Shown here: in pieces, positions 10,536 to 19,410 of the stretch
Layout of the letters: each line of letters starts with the position of its first letter
Numbering within the stretch: position 1 is the stretch's first letter
Origin: Chiloscyllium plagiosum
Taxonomy: Eukaryota
DNA length: 20,000 bases
Reading direction: 5' to 3'
Assembly (NCBI RefSeq): GCF_004010195.1
Contig: NC_057757.1
Coordinates: 4,645,919-4,665,918, forward strand
Position numbers and translations under genes: made by a program
The notes under the pieces: model-generated
The model's input: only the letters and a program-made list of their open reading frames with translations
The model's database searches: none
Told to the model about the DNA's origin: nothing

Positions 10536-11029
10536 NNNNNNNNNNNNNNNNNNNNNNNNNNNNNNNNNNNNNNNNNNNNNNNNNNNNNNNNNNNNNNNNN
10601 NNNNNNNNNNNNNNNNNNNNNNNNNNNNNNNNNNNNNNNNNNNNNNNNNNNNNNNNNNNNNNNNNNNNNNNNNNNNNNNNNNNNNNNNNNNNNNNNNNNN
10701 NNNNNNNNNNNNNNNNNNNNNNNNNNNNNNNNNNNNNNNNNNNNNNNNNNNNNNNNNNNNNNNNNNNNNNNNNNNNNNNNNNNNNNNNNNNNNNNNNNNN
10801 NNNNNNNNNNNNNNNNNNNNNNNNNNNNNNNNNNNNNNNNNNNNNNNNNNNNNNNNNNNNNNNNNNNNNNNNNNNNNNNNNNNNNNNNNNNNNNNNNNNN
10901 NNNNNNNNNNNNNNNNNNNNNNNNNNNNNNNNNNNNNNNNNNNNNNNNNNNNNNNNNNNNNNNNNNNNNNNNNNNNNNNNNNNNNNNNNNNNNNNNNNNN
11001 NNNNNNNNNNNNNNNNNNNNNNNNNNNNN
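10536..11029. other. Assembly gap (N run)
   Basis: 494 N bases. Confidence 1.
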
Positions 11030-12009
11030 AGATCTCAGCTATCTGTAAGAATAATAGGGTGGTTATGGAAGGGGATTTTAACTTTCCAAACATAGACTGG
11101 GACTGCCATAGTGTTAAAGGTTTAGATGGAGAGGAATTTTTTTAAGTGTCCACAAGACAATTTTCTGATTCAGTTTGTGGATGTACCTACCAGAGAAGGT
11201 GCAAAACCTGACCTACTCTTGGGAAATAAGGCAGGGCAGGTGACTGAGGTGTCAGTGGGGGAGCACTTTGGGGCCAGCGATCATAATTCTATTAGCTTTG
11301 GAATAGTGATGGAAAAGGATATACCAGATCTAAAAGTTGAATTTCTAAATTGGAGAAACGCCAATTTTGACGGTATTAGGCAAGACCTTTCGAAAGCTGA
11401 TTGGGGGCGGATGTTCACAGGTAAATGGACGACTGAAAAATGGGAAGCCTTCGTAAATGAGATAACAAGAATCCAGAGAAAGTACATTCCTGTCAGAGTG
11501 AAAGGGAAGGCTGGTAACTATAGGGAATGCTGGATGACTAAAGAAATTGAGGGTTTGCTTAAGAAAAAGAAGGAAGCATATGTCAGGTATAGACAGGACA
11601 GATCGAGTGAATCCTTAGAGTATAAAGGAAGTAGGAGTATACTTAAGAGGTAAATCAGGAAGGCAAAAATGGGACATGAGATCGCTTTGGCAAATAGAAT
11701 TAAGAAGAATACAAAAGGATTTTACAAATACATTAAGGACAAAAGGGTATCGATGGAGAGAATAGGGCCCCTCAAAAGATCAGCAAGGCTGCCTTTGTGT
11801 AGAGCCGCAGGAGATGGGAGAGATACTAAATGAGTATTTTGCATCAGTGTTTACTGTGAAAAGGACATGAAAGATACAGAATGTAGGGAAATATATGGTG
11901 ACATCTTGAAAAATGTCCATATTACAGAAGAAGAAGTGCTGAATGTCTTGAAATGCATAAAAATGGATAAATTCCCAGGACCTAATCAGGTGTACCCCAG
12001 AACTCTGTG

Positions 12010-12261
12010 ATTACTAGATTACTTACAGTGTGGAAACAGGCCCTTCGGCCCAACACGTCCACACTGACCCGCCGAAGCGCAACCCACCCATACCCCTACA
12101 TTTACCCCTTTAACCTAACACTATGGGCAATTTAGCGTGGCCAATTCACCTGACCCTGCACATCTTTGGACTGTGGGAGGAAACCGGAGCACCCGGAGGA
12201 AACCCACGCAGACACGGGGAGAACGTGCAAACTCCACACAGTCAGTCGCCTGAGTCGGGAA
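12010..12261 (-). mobile_element. HE1 SINE, 5'-truncated, nested in CR1
   Basis: Reverse complement nearly identical to 1-193 (shared TGCGCTTCGGCGGGTCAGTGTGGAC); CR1 resumes at GGGAAGCTAGGGAA. Confidence 0.92.
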
Positions 12262-12668
12262 GCTAGGGAATGCTGGGCCTCTTGCTGAGATTTTTTTTTT
12301 ATCATCGATAGTCACAGGTGAGGTGCCAGAAGACTGGAGGTTGGTTAACGTGGTGCCACTGTTTAAGAAGGGTGGTAAGGACAAGCCAGGGAACTATAGA
12401 CCGGTGAGCCTGACGTCGGTGGTGGGCAAGTTGTTGGAGGGAATCCTGAGGGATAGGACGTACTTGTATTTGGAAAAGCAAGGACTGATTAGGGATAGTC
12501 AACAAGGCTTTGTCCGTGGGAAATCATGTCTCACAAACTTGATTGAGTTTTTTGAAGAAGTAACAAAGAGGATTGATGAGGGCAGAGCAGTAGATGTGAT
12601 CTATACGGACTTCAGTAAGGCGTACAACAAGGTTCCCCATGGGAGACTGGTTAGCAAGGTTAGATCTC

Positions 12669-12704
12669 ATTCCTGAAGAAGGGCCTGTGCCCGAAACGTC
12701 GAAT
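12669..12704 (+). ncRNA. Minimal type I hammerhead ribozyme motif (PLE-type)
   Basis: AUUC-CUGAAGA-A-GGGC(CUGU)GCCC-GAAA-CG-UC-GAAU: helix I AUUC/GAAU, perfect helix II, palindromic ACGU helix III, GUC cleavage triplet. Confidence 0.8.
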
Positions 12705-12749
12705 CTCCTGTTCCCTGGATGCTGCCTGACCTGCTGTGCTGTTCCAGCA
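12669..12749 (+). mobile_element. Penelope pLTR terminal fragment inserted in the CR1 RT ORF
   Basis: GGATGCTGCCTGACCTGCTGTGCTGTTCCAGCA matches the reverse complement of the PLE end at about 17150-17182; RT translation breaks after KVRSH and resumes at RVVVEG. Confidence 0.8.
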
Positions 12750-14016
12750 AGAAGACAGGGTGGTGGTGGAGGGTTGTTTTTCAGACTGGAGGCCTGTGAC
12801 CAGTGGAGTGCCACAAGGGTCGGTGCTGAGTCCTCTACTTTTTGTCATTTACATAAATGATTTGGATGTGAACATAAGAGGTACAGTTAGTAAGTTTGCG
12901 GATGACACCAAAATTGGAGGTAAAATGGGCAGCGCAGAAGGTTACCTCAGATTACAACAGGATCTGGACCAGATGGGCCAATGGGCTGAGGTGGCAAATG
13001 TGGAGTTTAATTTAGATAAATGTGAAGTGCTGCATTTTGGGAAAGCAAATCTTAGCAGGACTTGTACACTTAATGGTAAAGTCATGGGAGTGTTGCTGAA
13101 CGAACAGACCTTGGAGTGCAGGTTCATTGAAGGTGGAGTCGCAAGTAGATAGGATAGTGAAGAAGGTGTTTAGTATGCTTTCCTTTATTGGTCAGAGTAT
13201 AGAGTACAGGAGTTGGGAGGTAATGTTACAGCTGTACAGGACATTGGTTAGACAACTCTTGGAATATTGTGTGCAATTTTGGTCGTCTTCCTATCGAAAG
13301 GATGTTGTGAAACTTAGAAGGGTTCAGAAAAAGTTTTACAAGGATGTTGCCAGGAATGGAGGATTTGAGCTATAGGGAGAGGCTGAACAGGCTGGGGCTG
13401 TTTTCCCTGGAGCGTCGGAAGCTGAGGGGTGACCTTATAGAGGTTATTAAAATCATGAGGGGCATTGATAGGGTAAATAGACTAAGTCTTTTTCCTGGGG
13501 TCAGGAAGTCCAGAACTAGAGGGGATAGGTTTAGGGTGAGAGGGGAAAGATATCAAAGAGATCTAAGGGGCAACTTTTTTTCACAAAGAGGGTGGTACGT
13601 GTATGGAATGAGCTGCCAGAGGAAGTGGTGGAGGCTGGTGCAGTTGCAACATTTAAAAGGCATCTGGATGGGTACATGAATAGGAAAGGTTTGGAGGGAT
13701 ATGGGCCGGGTGCTGGCAGGTGGGACTAGCTTGGGTTGGGATATCTGGTCGGCTTGGACCCGAAGGGTCTGTTTCTGAGCTGTACATCTCTGACTCTGGT
13801 CTTCTGGAGCTGTCTGTGACTGAGCTCGCCTCCTCCACGCCTTATCTCTGTCAGCACTCTTGGCCAGTTCTATTTTGGTTGCATCCTGTGTTAAGATGTG
13901 GGTCTGAGAGCAGTGTGTTCCACTGCAGAGCAGACACCGCCCTGCTTGGCTGAATTATCCCCAGATCAGCCGTTCCTGCCTCCTTTTGCAACCTGGTGTC
14001 TCACGGTCCTGTCCCC

Positions 14017-14921
14017 TAACAAGGGGATTGAGTTTAAGAGCCGCAAGGTTTTGCTGCAGCTCAATGAAACCCTGGTTAGATCACACTTGGAATATTGTGT
14101 CCAGTTCTGGTCCACTCATTCTAGGAAGGATGTAGACGCTTCAAAGAAGGTGCAGAGGAGATTTTACCAGGATGCTGCCTGAATTGGAGGGCTTGTTTTA
14201 TGAAGAGTTGTTGGGTATTCCACACTGAAGAGGAGGAGGAAGAGAGGTGACTTGATAGAGGTGTACAAGGTAGTGAGAGGCGAAGAGAGAGTAGACAGCC
14301 AGAGACGGTTCCCAGAAAAGGTGGTCACAAGGGGGCATAACTTTAAGGTGATTGGAGGAAAGTTTAGAGGAGATGTCAGAGGCAGGTTCTTTATGCAGAC
14401 AGTGGGAGGTGTATGGAATGTGTTGCCAGCAGTGGTAGTAGTCACAGACATTTTTTTAGGTACCCTACAATGTGGAACAGGCCCTTCGGCTCAACAAGTC
14501 CACGACGACCCTCTGAAGAGTAACGCAACCAGTCCCATTTCCCTCTGACTAACACACTTAAGACTATGGGCAATTTAGCAGGGCCATTTCACTGGGCCTG
14601 CACATCCTTAGACTGTGGGAGGAAACCGGAGCAGCCGGAAGAAACCCGCGCAGACACGGGGTGAATGTGCAAACTCCACACAGACAGTCGCCTGAGGTTG
14701 GAATCGAACCCGGGTCCCTGGCACTGTGAGACTGCAGTGCTAACCACAGAGCCACCATGCCGCCCTAAATTAGGGCCGTTTAAGTGACTGCTGGACAAGC
14801 ACATGGACGGCAGTAAATTGAGGGGTGTGTAGGTTAGGTTGATCTTAGATTAAGATAAATGCTCAATACAACACCGTGGGCCGAAGAGCCGGTACTGTTT
14901 TGTGTTGTTTTGTGTTCTGTC
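14017..14921 (+). mobile_element. CR1-clade LINE 3' fragment (third subfamily), interrupted by HE1
   Basis: KGIEFKSRKVLLQLNETLVRSHLEYCVQFW; VTRGHNFKVIGGKFRGDVRGRFF; tail GGGCCGAAGAGCCGGTACTG. Confidence 0.85.
14455..14765 (-). mobile_element. HE1 SINE, full length
   Basis: Minus strand starts GGGCGGCATGGTGGCTCTGTGGTTAGCACTGC; B box GGTTCGATTCC (14700-14710); V-domain; tail. Confidence 0.92.
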
Positions 14922-15132
14922 TCCAGACCCTGTCTCTTGGTGGTGGAGGGGGGCAGGGGTGCAAACCAGACTGAGTCTCTCGGTGCTTTACCCACTGAGG
15001 GTTAGCTGCCCTGCCGACAGAACCCGCCATCCGAACAGGAGTGTGCTTCCTCATCGTTGGGGATATCACTGGCCGGAGGGAATTGCCTCGGGCTCCCTCT
15101 GCACAGGGTTCCACGCATGAGCTTTGAAAATG

Positions 15133-15350
15133 TCAGGAGGAGTAGGCCATTCAGCCCTTCATGCTGTTCTTTTGGATCATAGCTGATTATCCAACTCAAT
15201 CCCTTGTTTCCCCGCTTTCTCTCCTTTGGCCCCCAACTCCTACCTCTAACGCCTTGTTGGAAACGTTCACTGCTTTCTATGGCAGAGAATTCCACAAGCA
15301 TACCCCCACCTCTCTCTGGGTGAAGAAATATTCCATCCCTCCAGCCCTGA
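15133..15350 (-). mobile_element. Old CR1/L2-group LINE 3' end
   Basis: AGGAGTAGGCCATTCAGCCC...GATCATAGCTGAT...GGCAGAGAATTCCACA...CTCTGGGTGAAGAAAT. Confidence 0.65.
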
Positions 15351-15399
15351 GCGCGATGTGAGGGAGGTTCCTGCTGCTTTTCTAGCATTGAACTATAAA

Positions 15400-15540
15400 G
15401 GGCATTGGGTCAAATACATGGACAGGAAGGGTTTAGAAAGACAAGTGCAGGGAAATGGGGTTAGTGTGGATGGACATTTTGATCGGCATGGTGCAGTTTG
15501 GGCCAAAGGGCCTGTCTCTGTGCTGTGTGACTCTGTGACT
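15400..15540 (+). mobile_element. CR1/HER1 LINE 3' end
   Basis: KYMDRKGLE; GGGCCAAAGGGCCTGTCTCTGTGCTGTGTGACTCTGTGACT tail. Confidence 0.8.
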
Positions 15541-15722
15541 CCAAGCTGCATGGACTGCAAGTGTTTCAGAAAAGCTGAGTTCCGGAGGGGTGTGACATCA
15601 CTCTTTCCCGGCAAGAGTGGATGTCTTAGAATCATAACTTACAGGCGCTGGTTTTGGACTGGGGTGGACAAAGTTAAAAATCACACAACACCAGGTTAGA
15701 ATCCAACAGGTTTATTTGGAAG

Positions 15723-15757
15723 CACTAGCTTTCAGAGCGCTGCTCCTTCATCAGGTG
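15723..15757 (-). ncRNA. Minimal hammerhead ribozyme motif (PLE-type)
   Basis: Minus: CAC-CUGAUGA-A-GGAGC(AGC)GCUCU-GAAA-GC-UA-GUG; helix I CAC/GUG, helix II with one G-U pair, palindromic AGCU. Confidence 0.72.
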
Positions 15758-16323
15758 GTTGTGGAGAATAAGATCGTAAGGCACAGAATTTATAGCAAAA
15801 GTTTACAGTGTGATATAACTGAAATTATATATTGAAAAATTCCTGGATTGTTTAAGTCTCTCATCTTTTAGAATGGGCGTGTTAGTTTCAGTTCTTTCAT
15901 ATGTAAATTCCGGGACTTTCTTCAAGTTGCATTCTCAAGTGAACTTTAACAGTATGTCGGCCCAGATAATGCATTGAAGGTGTGAGGTGCCCTGTGTGAG
16001 GCTGTTTGTGCCCCAATGTTCAGACTGGTTATCATCCAAAAAAGGCATTTACAGAATCTTACATGGATTCAGGCAGTTTTTGAGCAAAATAAAATGTAAT
16101 TCTGCAAGCACAAATTCACCCCACAACTGTGTGTGTGTGGGTGTAAAGGGGTATTAGTCCGTGAGAGTGTGGGTGTATGTGTGAGCATATGAGAGAGGGT
16201 CTGCATGAGTCTGTGTGTCTCTCTCTGTCTGCATTTGTGTGTAGTGCAGTGGGGTCACCTGTAGTGTGACATGAACCCAAGGTCCCAGTTGAGGCCATCC
16301 CCATGGGTACCGAGCTCCACAAC

Positions 16324-16358
16324 CACCTGATGAAGCAGCAGTACTCCGAAAGCTAGTG
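16324..16358 (+). ncRNA. Hammerhead motif with degenerate helix II
   Basis: CAC-CUGAUGA-A-GCAGC(AGU)ACUCC-GAAA-GC-UA-GUG; core intact, two helix II mismatches. Confidence 0.5.
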
Positions 16359-16416
16359 CTTCCAAATAAACCTGTTGGACTATAACCTGGTGTTGTGCGA
16401 TTTTTAACTTGAGAGT

Positions 16417-16712
16417 GATAGAATCCCGACAGTGTGGAAAAAGGCCCTTTGGCCCAACAAGTCCACACCGTCCCTCTGAGGCGAAACCCACCCAAATCCA
16501 TTCCCCTACCCTATTACTCTACGTTTACCCCTGACTAATACACCTAACCTGCACATCCCTGAACACTGAGGCAATTTAGCATGGCCAATTCACCCTAAAA
16601 CCTACACATCTTTGGACTGTGGGAGGAAACCCAAGAATGTGCAAACTCCACACAGGCTGTCGCCCGACGGGTGGAATCGAACCCTGGTCCCTGGCGCCAT
16701 GAAGCTGCAGTG
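16417..16712 (-). mobile_element. HE1 SINE, degraded
   Basis: Reverse tail GGCCCAACAAGTCCACACC, two copies of the roughly 53-bp unit, reversed B box GGAATCGAACC. Confidence 0.85.
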
Positions 16713-17041
16713 GAGAATGTTGGCATTTAGGCCGAGCAAGTTGTGAGACAGCCCTGGGGAGTGAGTCGGGGGAGTAGTGTGCGTTCATTTGACGTTGCCT
16801 GGTCTGTGCATTTTTTTTTAAATCCTTTTATCTTTCACTGTGTGCGCTCAAGTTGGTCACAAGATGTTTTGTCTGTTGCTCACCCCAGTCCGTGATGCAG
16901 CAGAGCTGAATTTGACCATTTTCCCAGCTCACCACGTCTGTCACGCTTTGAGGCACTGTAGTGTTCGGGACCCTCACCACAGCAGGATCGACCCCTCCCC
17001 CTTTCCAAACATTGGTATCAGACCCTATTTAGCCACAGACT

Positions 17042-18290
17042 AAAAACCAAAAGAACTGCAGATACTGTAAATCAGAAACACAAACAGACACTGCTGGAAA
17101 AGCTCAGTAGGTCTCTTAACATTTCGGTAAAAGATTCTGGATTAGTGGTGCTGGAAGAGCACAGCAGTTCAGGCAGCATCCAAGGAGCTTCGAAATCGAC
17201 GTTTCAGGCAAAAGCCCTTCAGGAGTAAAGACAGTGAGCCTGGAGCGTGGAGAGATAAGCTAGAGGNNNNNNNNNNNNNNNNNNNNNNNNNNNNNNNNNN
17301 NNNNNNNNNNNNNNNNNNNNNNNNNNNNNNNNNNNNNNNNNNNNNNNNNNNNNNNNNNNNNNNNNNNNNNNNNNNNNNNNNNNNNNNNNNNNNNNNNNNN
17401 NNNNNNNNNNNNNNNNNNNNNNNNNNNNNNNNNNNNNNNNNNNNNNNNNNNNNNNNNNNNNNNNNNNNNNNNNNNNNNNNNNNNNNNNNNNNNNNNCCCT
17501 AAAGCGCTCTGCAAGGAGGCGCCCAGTCTCCCCAATGTAGATGAGACCACATCGGGAGCAACAGATACAATAAATGATGATATTAGTGGATGTGCAAGTA
17601 AAACTCGGGTCCAGTGACCTTTCTTCAGAACTGATGGTAGCTAGGAAAGTGTTGGTTTATATATATAGAAGGTAAGGAGGGGTGGGGAGGTGGTAAGGAA
17701 TAAATTGGATGTGGAGATAGAGCCCAAAGAGAGAGAAGAACTGTAGGACAGATAAAGGAGTGAATAACAATCTGGCTAGGAGGGTGAATAGCTATTAGTG
17801 GGGACCATTAGTGGTTAACAATGAGTTATGTGTAATAGCAGACTGTGATGTCGATGTCTGGTATATTGGCATTTGGGGTAAGGACATAGGAGAGCTCAAG
17901 TCCTAAAGTTATTGAACTCAATTTTGAGTCCTGAAGGCTGCAGGATGCCCTGAGCGGAAAATGAGATACTGTTCTTCCAGCTTGCACTGAGCTTTGCTTG
18001 GAGCACTGAAGCAAGCCTGAGACAGATGTTGGCCAAGGGAACACTGGGTTACGTGTTCAAGTGGCAGGCAACTGGAGGCTCAGGGTTAGTTTTTTGCAGG
18101 CAGGAACGAGGGGGTTCGGCAAAGCAGTCACCCAGTCTCCGCTGTGTTTCCCCAGTGTAGAGGAGACTGTATTGTGAGCAGCGATTGCAGTAGACTAGAT
18201 TGGGAGAACTGCAGGGGAAGTGTTTATCAGAGTTCACATTTCGGGTTGAGTGACCCTTCCTCTGGACTGACCTTTCAGAGTTAACGTCTC
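17042..18290 (-). mobile_element. Penelope-like element (GIY-YIG region and pLTR), interrupted by a second PLE
   Basis: Minus ORF 18049-18237 FPCSSPNLVYCNRCSQYSLLYTGETQRRLGDCFAE...PVACHLN is a PLE GIY-YIG endonuclease; hammerhead remnants at 17116-17127 plus 17605-17632 and at about 18232-18268. Confidence 0.85.
17128..17604 (-). mobile_element. Second Penelope family nested in the first (contains N gap 17267-17496)
   Basis: GTGGTGCTGGAAGAGCACAGCAGTTCAGGCAGCATCC...GACGTTTCAGGCAAAAGCCCTTC pLTR end; the post-gap minus strand reads IYCICCSRCGLIYIGET (GIY-YIG). Confidence 0.75.
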
Positions 18291-18315
18291 TACACTGTCG
18301 TCAGTCCCAGTGTCG

Positions 18316-19409
18316 CTAGTTTTGTTTTGGGGAAGGGGGGAGGATGTGCGACAGGGAATGTTCCTCAACCTCCTCCTTGTCCTCGTTGTCCTACTCCTAC
18401 TCTTATCACTCCACTCGGGTTTAAGTCCCTGCTCCTTAATGTCACCCTCGCCCCAGGGAAGCCGTTCACCCGCACCCCCGAGCCGTCATTTGTTGGCTCT
18501 CTAAAAGCCCCGATGGGGGTTGCCCCTTCAGTCTCCTCACCTTGACCACCATTGCAGTCAAACATCTGTCTTTTTGTATGGCTCTCGTCAGGACACATGC
18601 AAGAGTGCCTAATTCCGCAATGGTTTACACTGCAGGCAACAAGCATCGCCGTCGGTTGACCAGTCGGCTAAATTGTTGTGGTTGCTCTAAGTTTGTCATT
18701 CTTGCAATTGTCCTGATGAGAGCAGGGTCCACAAACTTCAGTGTCCTGTCTCTCTGTTCACCACCACTCCAAGTGACTGTTCCTCATTCCCTGGCTTGCT
18801 GCAGTGTCCTTTTGAATTAACCGGTTCAGAAACTGTGCGCACGTCTAAGTATTGTGAAGAGCAAGGCGCGTTTTAGCGCATTCTGTACTGCCACTTGTGA
18901 GAGCATTTCATAGTTGGAGGAAGGATAAACCAATGCTGAGAGGTTGAGTGAGTGAAAGTTATAGAACACCCATCTTGGACACAGTTGATGCCAGTCTCTT
19001 ACGTGTAATCGATTTTATTCATTTCGGCTTTAAAAGTGTCTACACCACCTTTACAGCTCCTGGGTACCTGTCACTTCTGCTGTTTTGTTTAACCATTCTA
19101 AGTCGGAGAGGTGGGATAGGCTGGGGCCAATTTCCCTGGAGCGTTGGAGGCTGAGGGGTGACCTTACAGAGGTTTATAAAACCATGAGGGACATGGATAG
19201 GGTAAATAGCCAAGGCCTTTTTCTTGGGGTAGGTGAGTTCAAAAGTAGAGGGCATAGGTTTAAGGTGAGAGGGGGAAGATATGAAAGGGACCCAAGGGGG
19301 AGCTTTTCACGCAGAGGGTGGTGTGAATGGGGCCCAATAGTCTCTGTTTGCTTTGTAACATCTTGGTGATTCTGTGAACTTAATTACTACCATTGGAATA
19401 GACCTCTGC
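18316..19409 (-). pseudogene. Candidate endogenous paramyxovirus-like (Mononegavirales) nucleoprotein element, degraded
   Basis: Joined minus frames: HRITKMLQSKQRLLGP (within 19409-19329) / CR1 insert / LRMVKQNSRSDRYPGA / GVDTFKAEMNKI (19046-19011) / RLHVRDWHQLCPRWVFYNFHSLNLSALVYPSSNYEMLSQVAVQNALKRALLFTILRRAHSF*TG*FKRTLQQARE*GTV; near-colinear with the recalled paramyxovirus N core; by-eye alignment only. Confidence 0.55.
19104..19330 (+). mobile_element. Internal CR1/HER1 fragment without 3' tail
   Basis: ERWDRLGPISLERWRLRGDLTEVYKTMRDMDRVNSQGLFLGVGEFKSRGHRFKVRG. Confidence 0.9.
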
Positions 19410-19410
19410 C

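Larger units (their letters stand above)
11030..13797 (+). mobile_element. Long CR1/HER1 LINE: APE endonuclease C-terminus, RT and 3' UTR; inactivated
   Basis: GDFNFPNIDW, PTREGAKPDLLL and SDHNSI (endonuclease); PGNYRPVSLTSVVGKLLE, GFVRGKSCLTNL, SGVPQGSVLSP and FADD at 12895-12906 (RT); many frameshifts and stops; two nested insertions. Confidence 0.95.
15650..16410 (-). mobile_element. Penelope-like element, 5'-truncated, with inverted pLTR copy
   Basis: Minus strand encodes the GIY-YIG domain C-terminus GTHGDGLNWDLGFMSHYR*; about 15671-15766 and 16315-16410 form a roughly 95-bp inverted repeat. Confidence 0.85.

Noticed and set aside
10359..11095. ORFs of 179-244 aa
   Set aside because: They run through the N gap
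11030..13797. Active LINE ORF2
   Set aside because: Multiple stops, frameshifts and two nested insertions
14690..14765. tRNA gene
   Set aside because: The A and B boxes continue into the HE1 V-domain, so this is a SINE head (likewise near 5040-5108, 6265-6352 and 9013-9080)
14925..15118. Possible exon in a unique CpG-bearing patch
   Set aside because: No convincing acceptor/donor pair and no recognisable peptide on either strand
18316..18335. Minus-strand AAAACAAAACTAG as a paramyxoviral gene-end/intergenic signal
   Set aside because: Lacks the preceding TTA/TAA and the CTT-AGG restart; too weak to call
18542..18820. Plus-strand 92-aa ORF as a gene
   Set aside because: No recognisable protein; it is the antisense shadow of the minus-strand N-like frame
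18500..18950. Alternative identities: filovirus NP (LNLS, LSQVAV, LQQ), retroviral Gag or Harbinger transposase
   Set aside because: Spacing fits filovirus NP less well than paramyxovirus N, though it is not excluded; no Gag zinc knuckle or DDE/HN motifs seen
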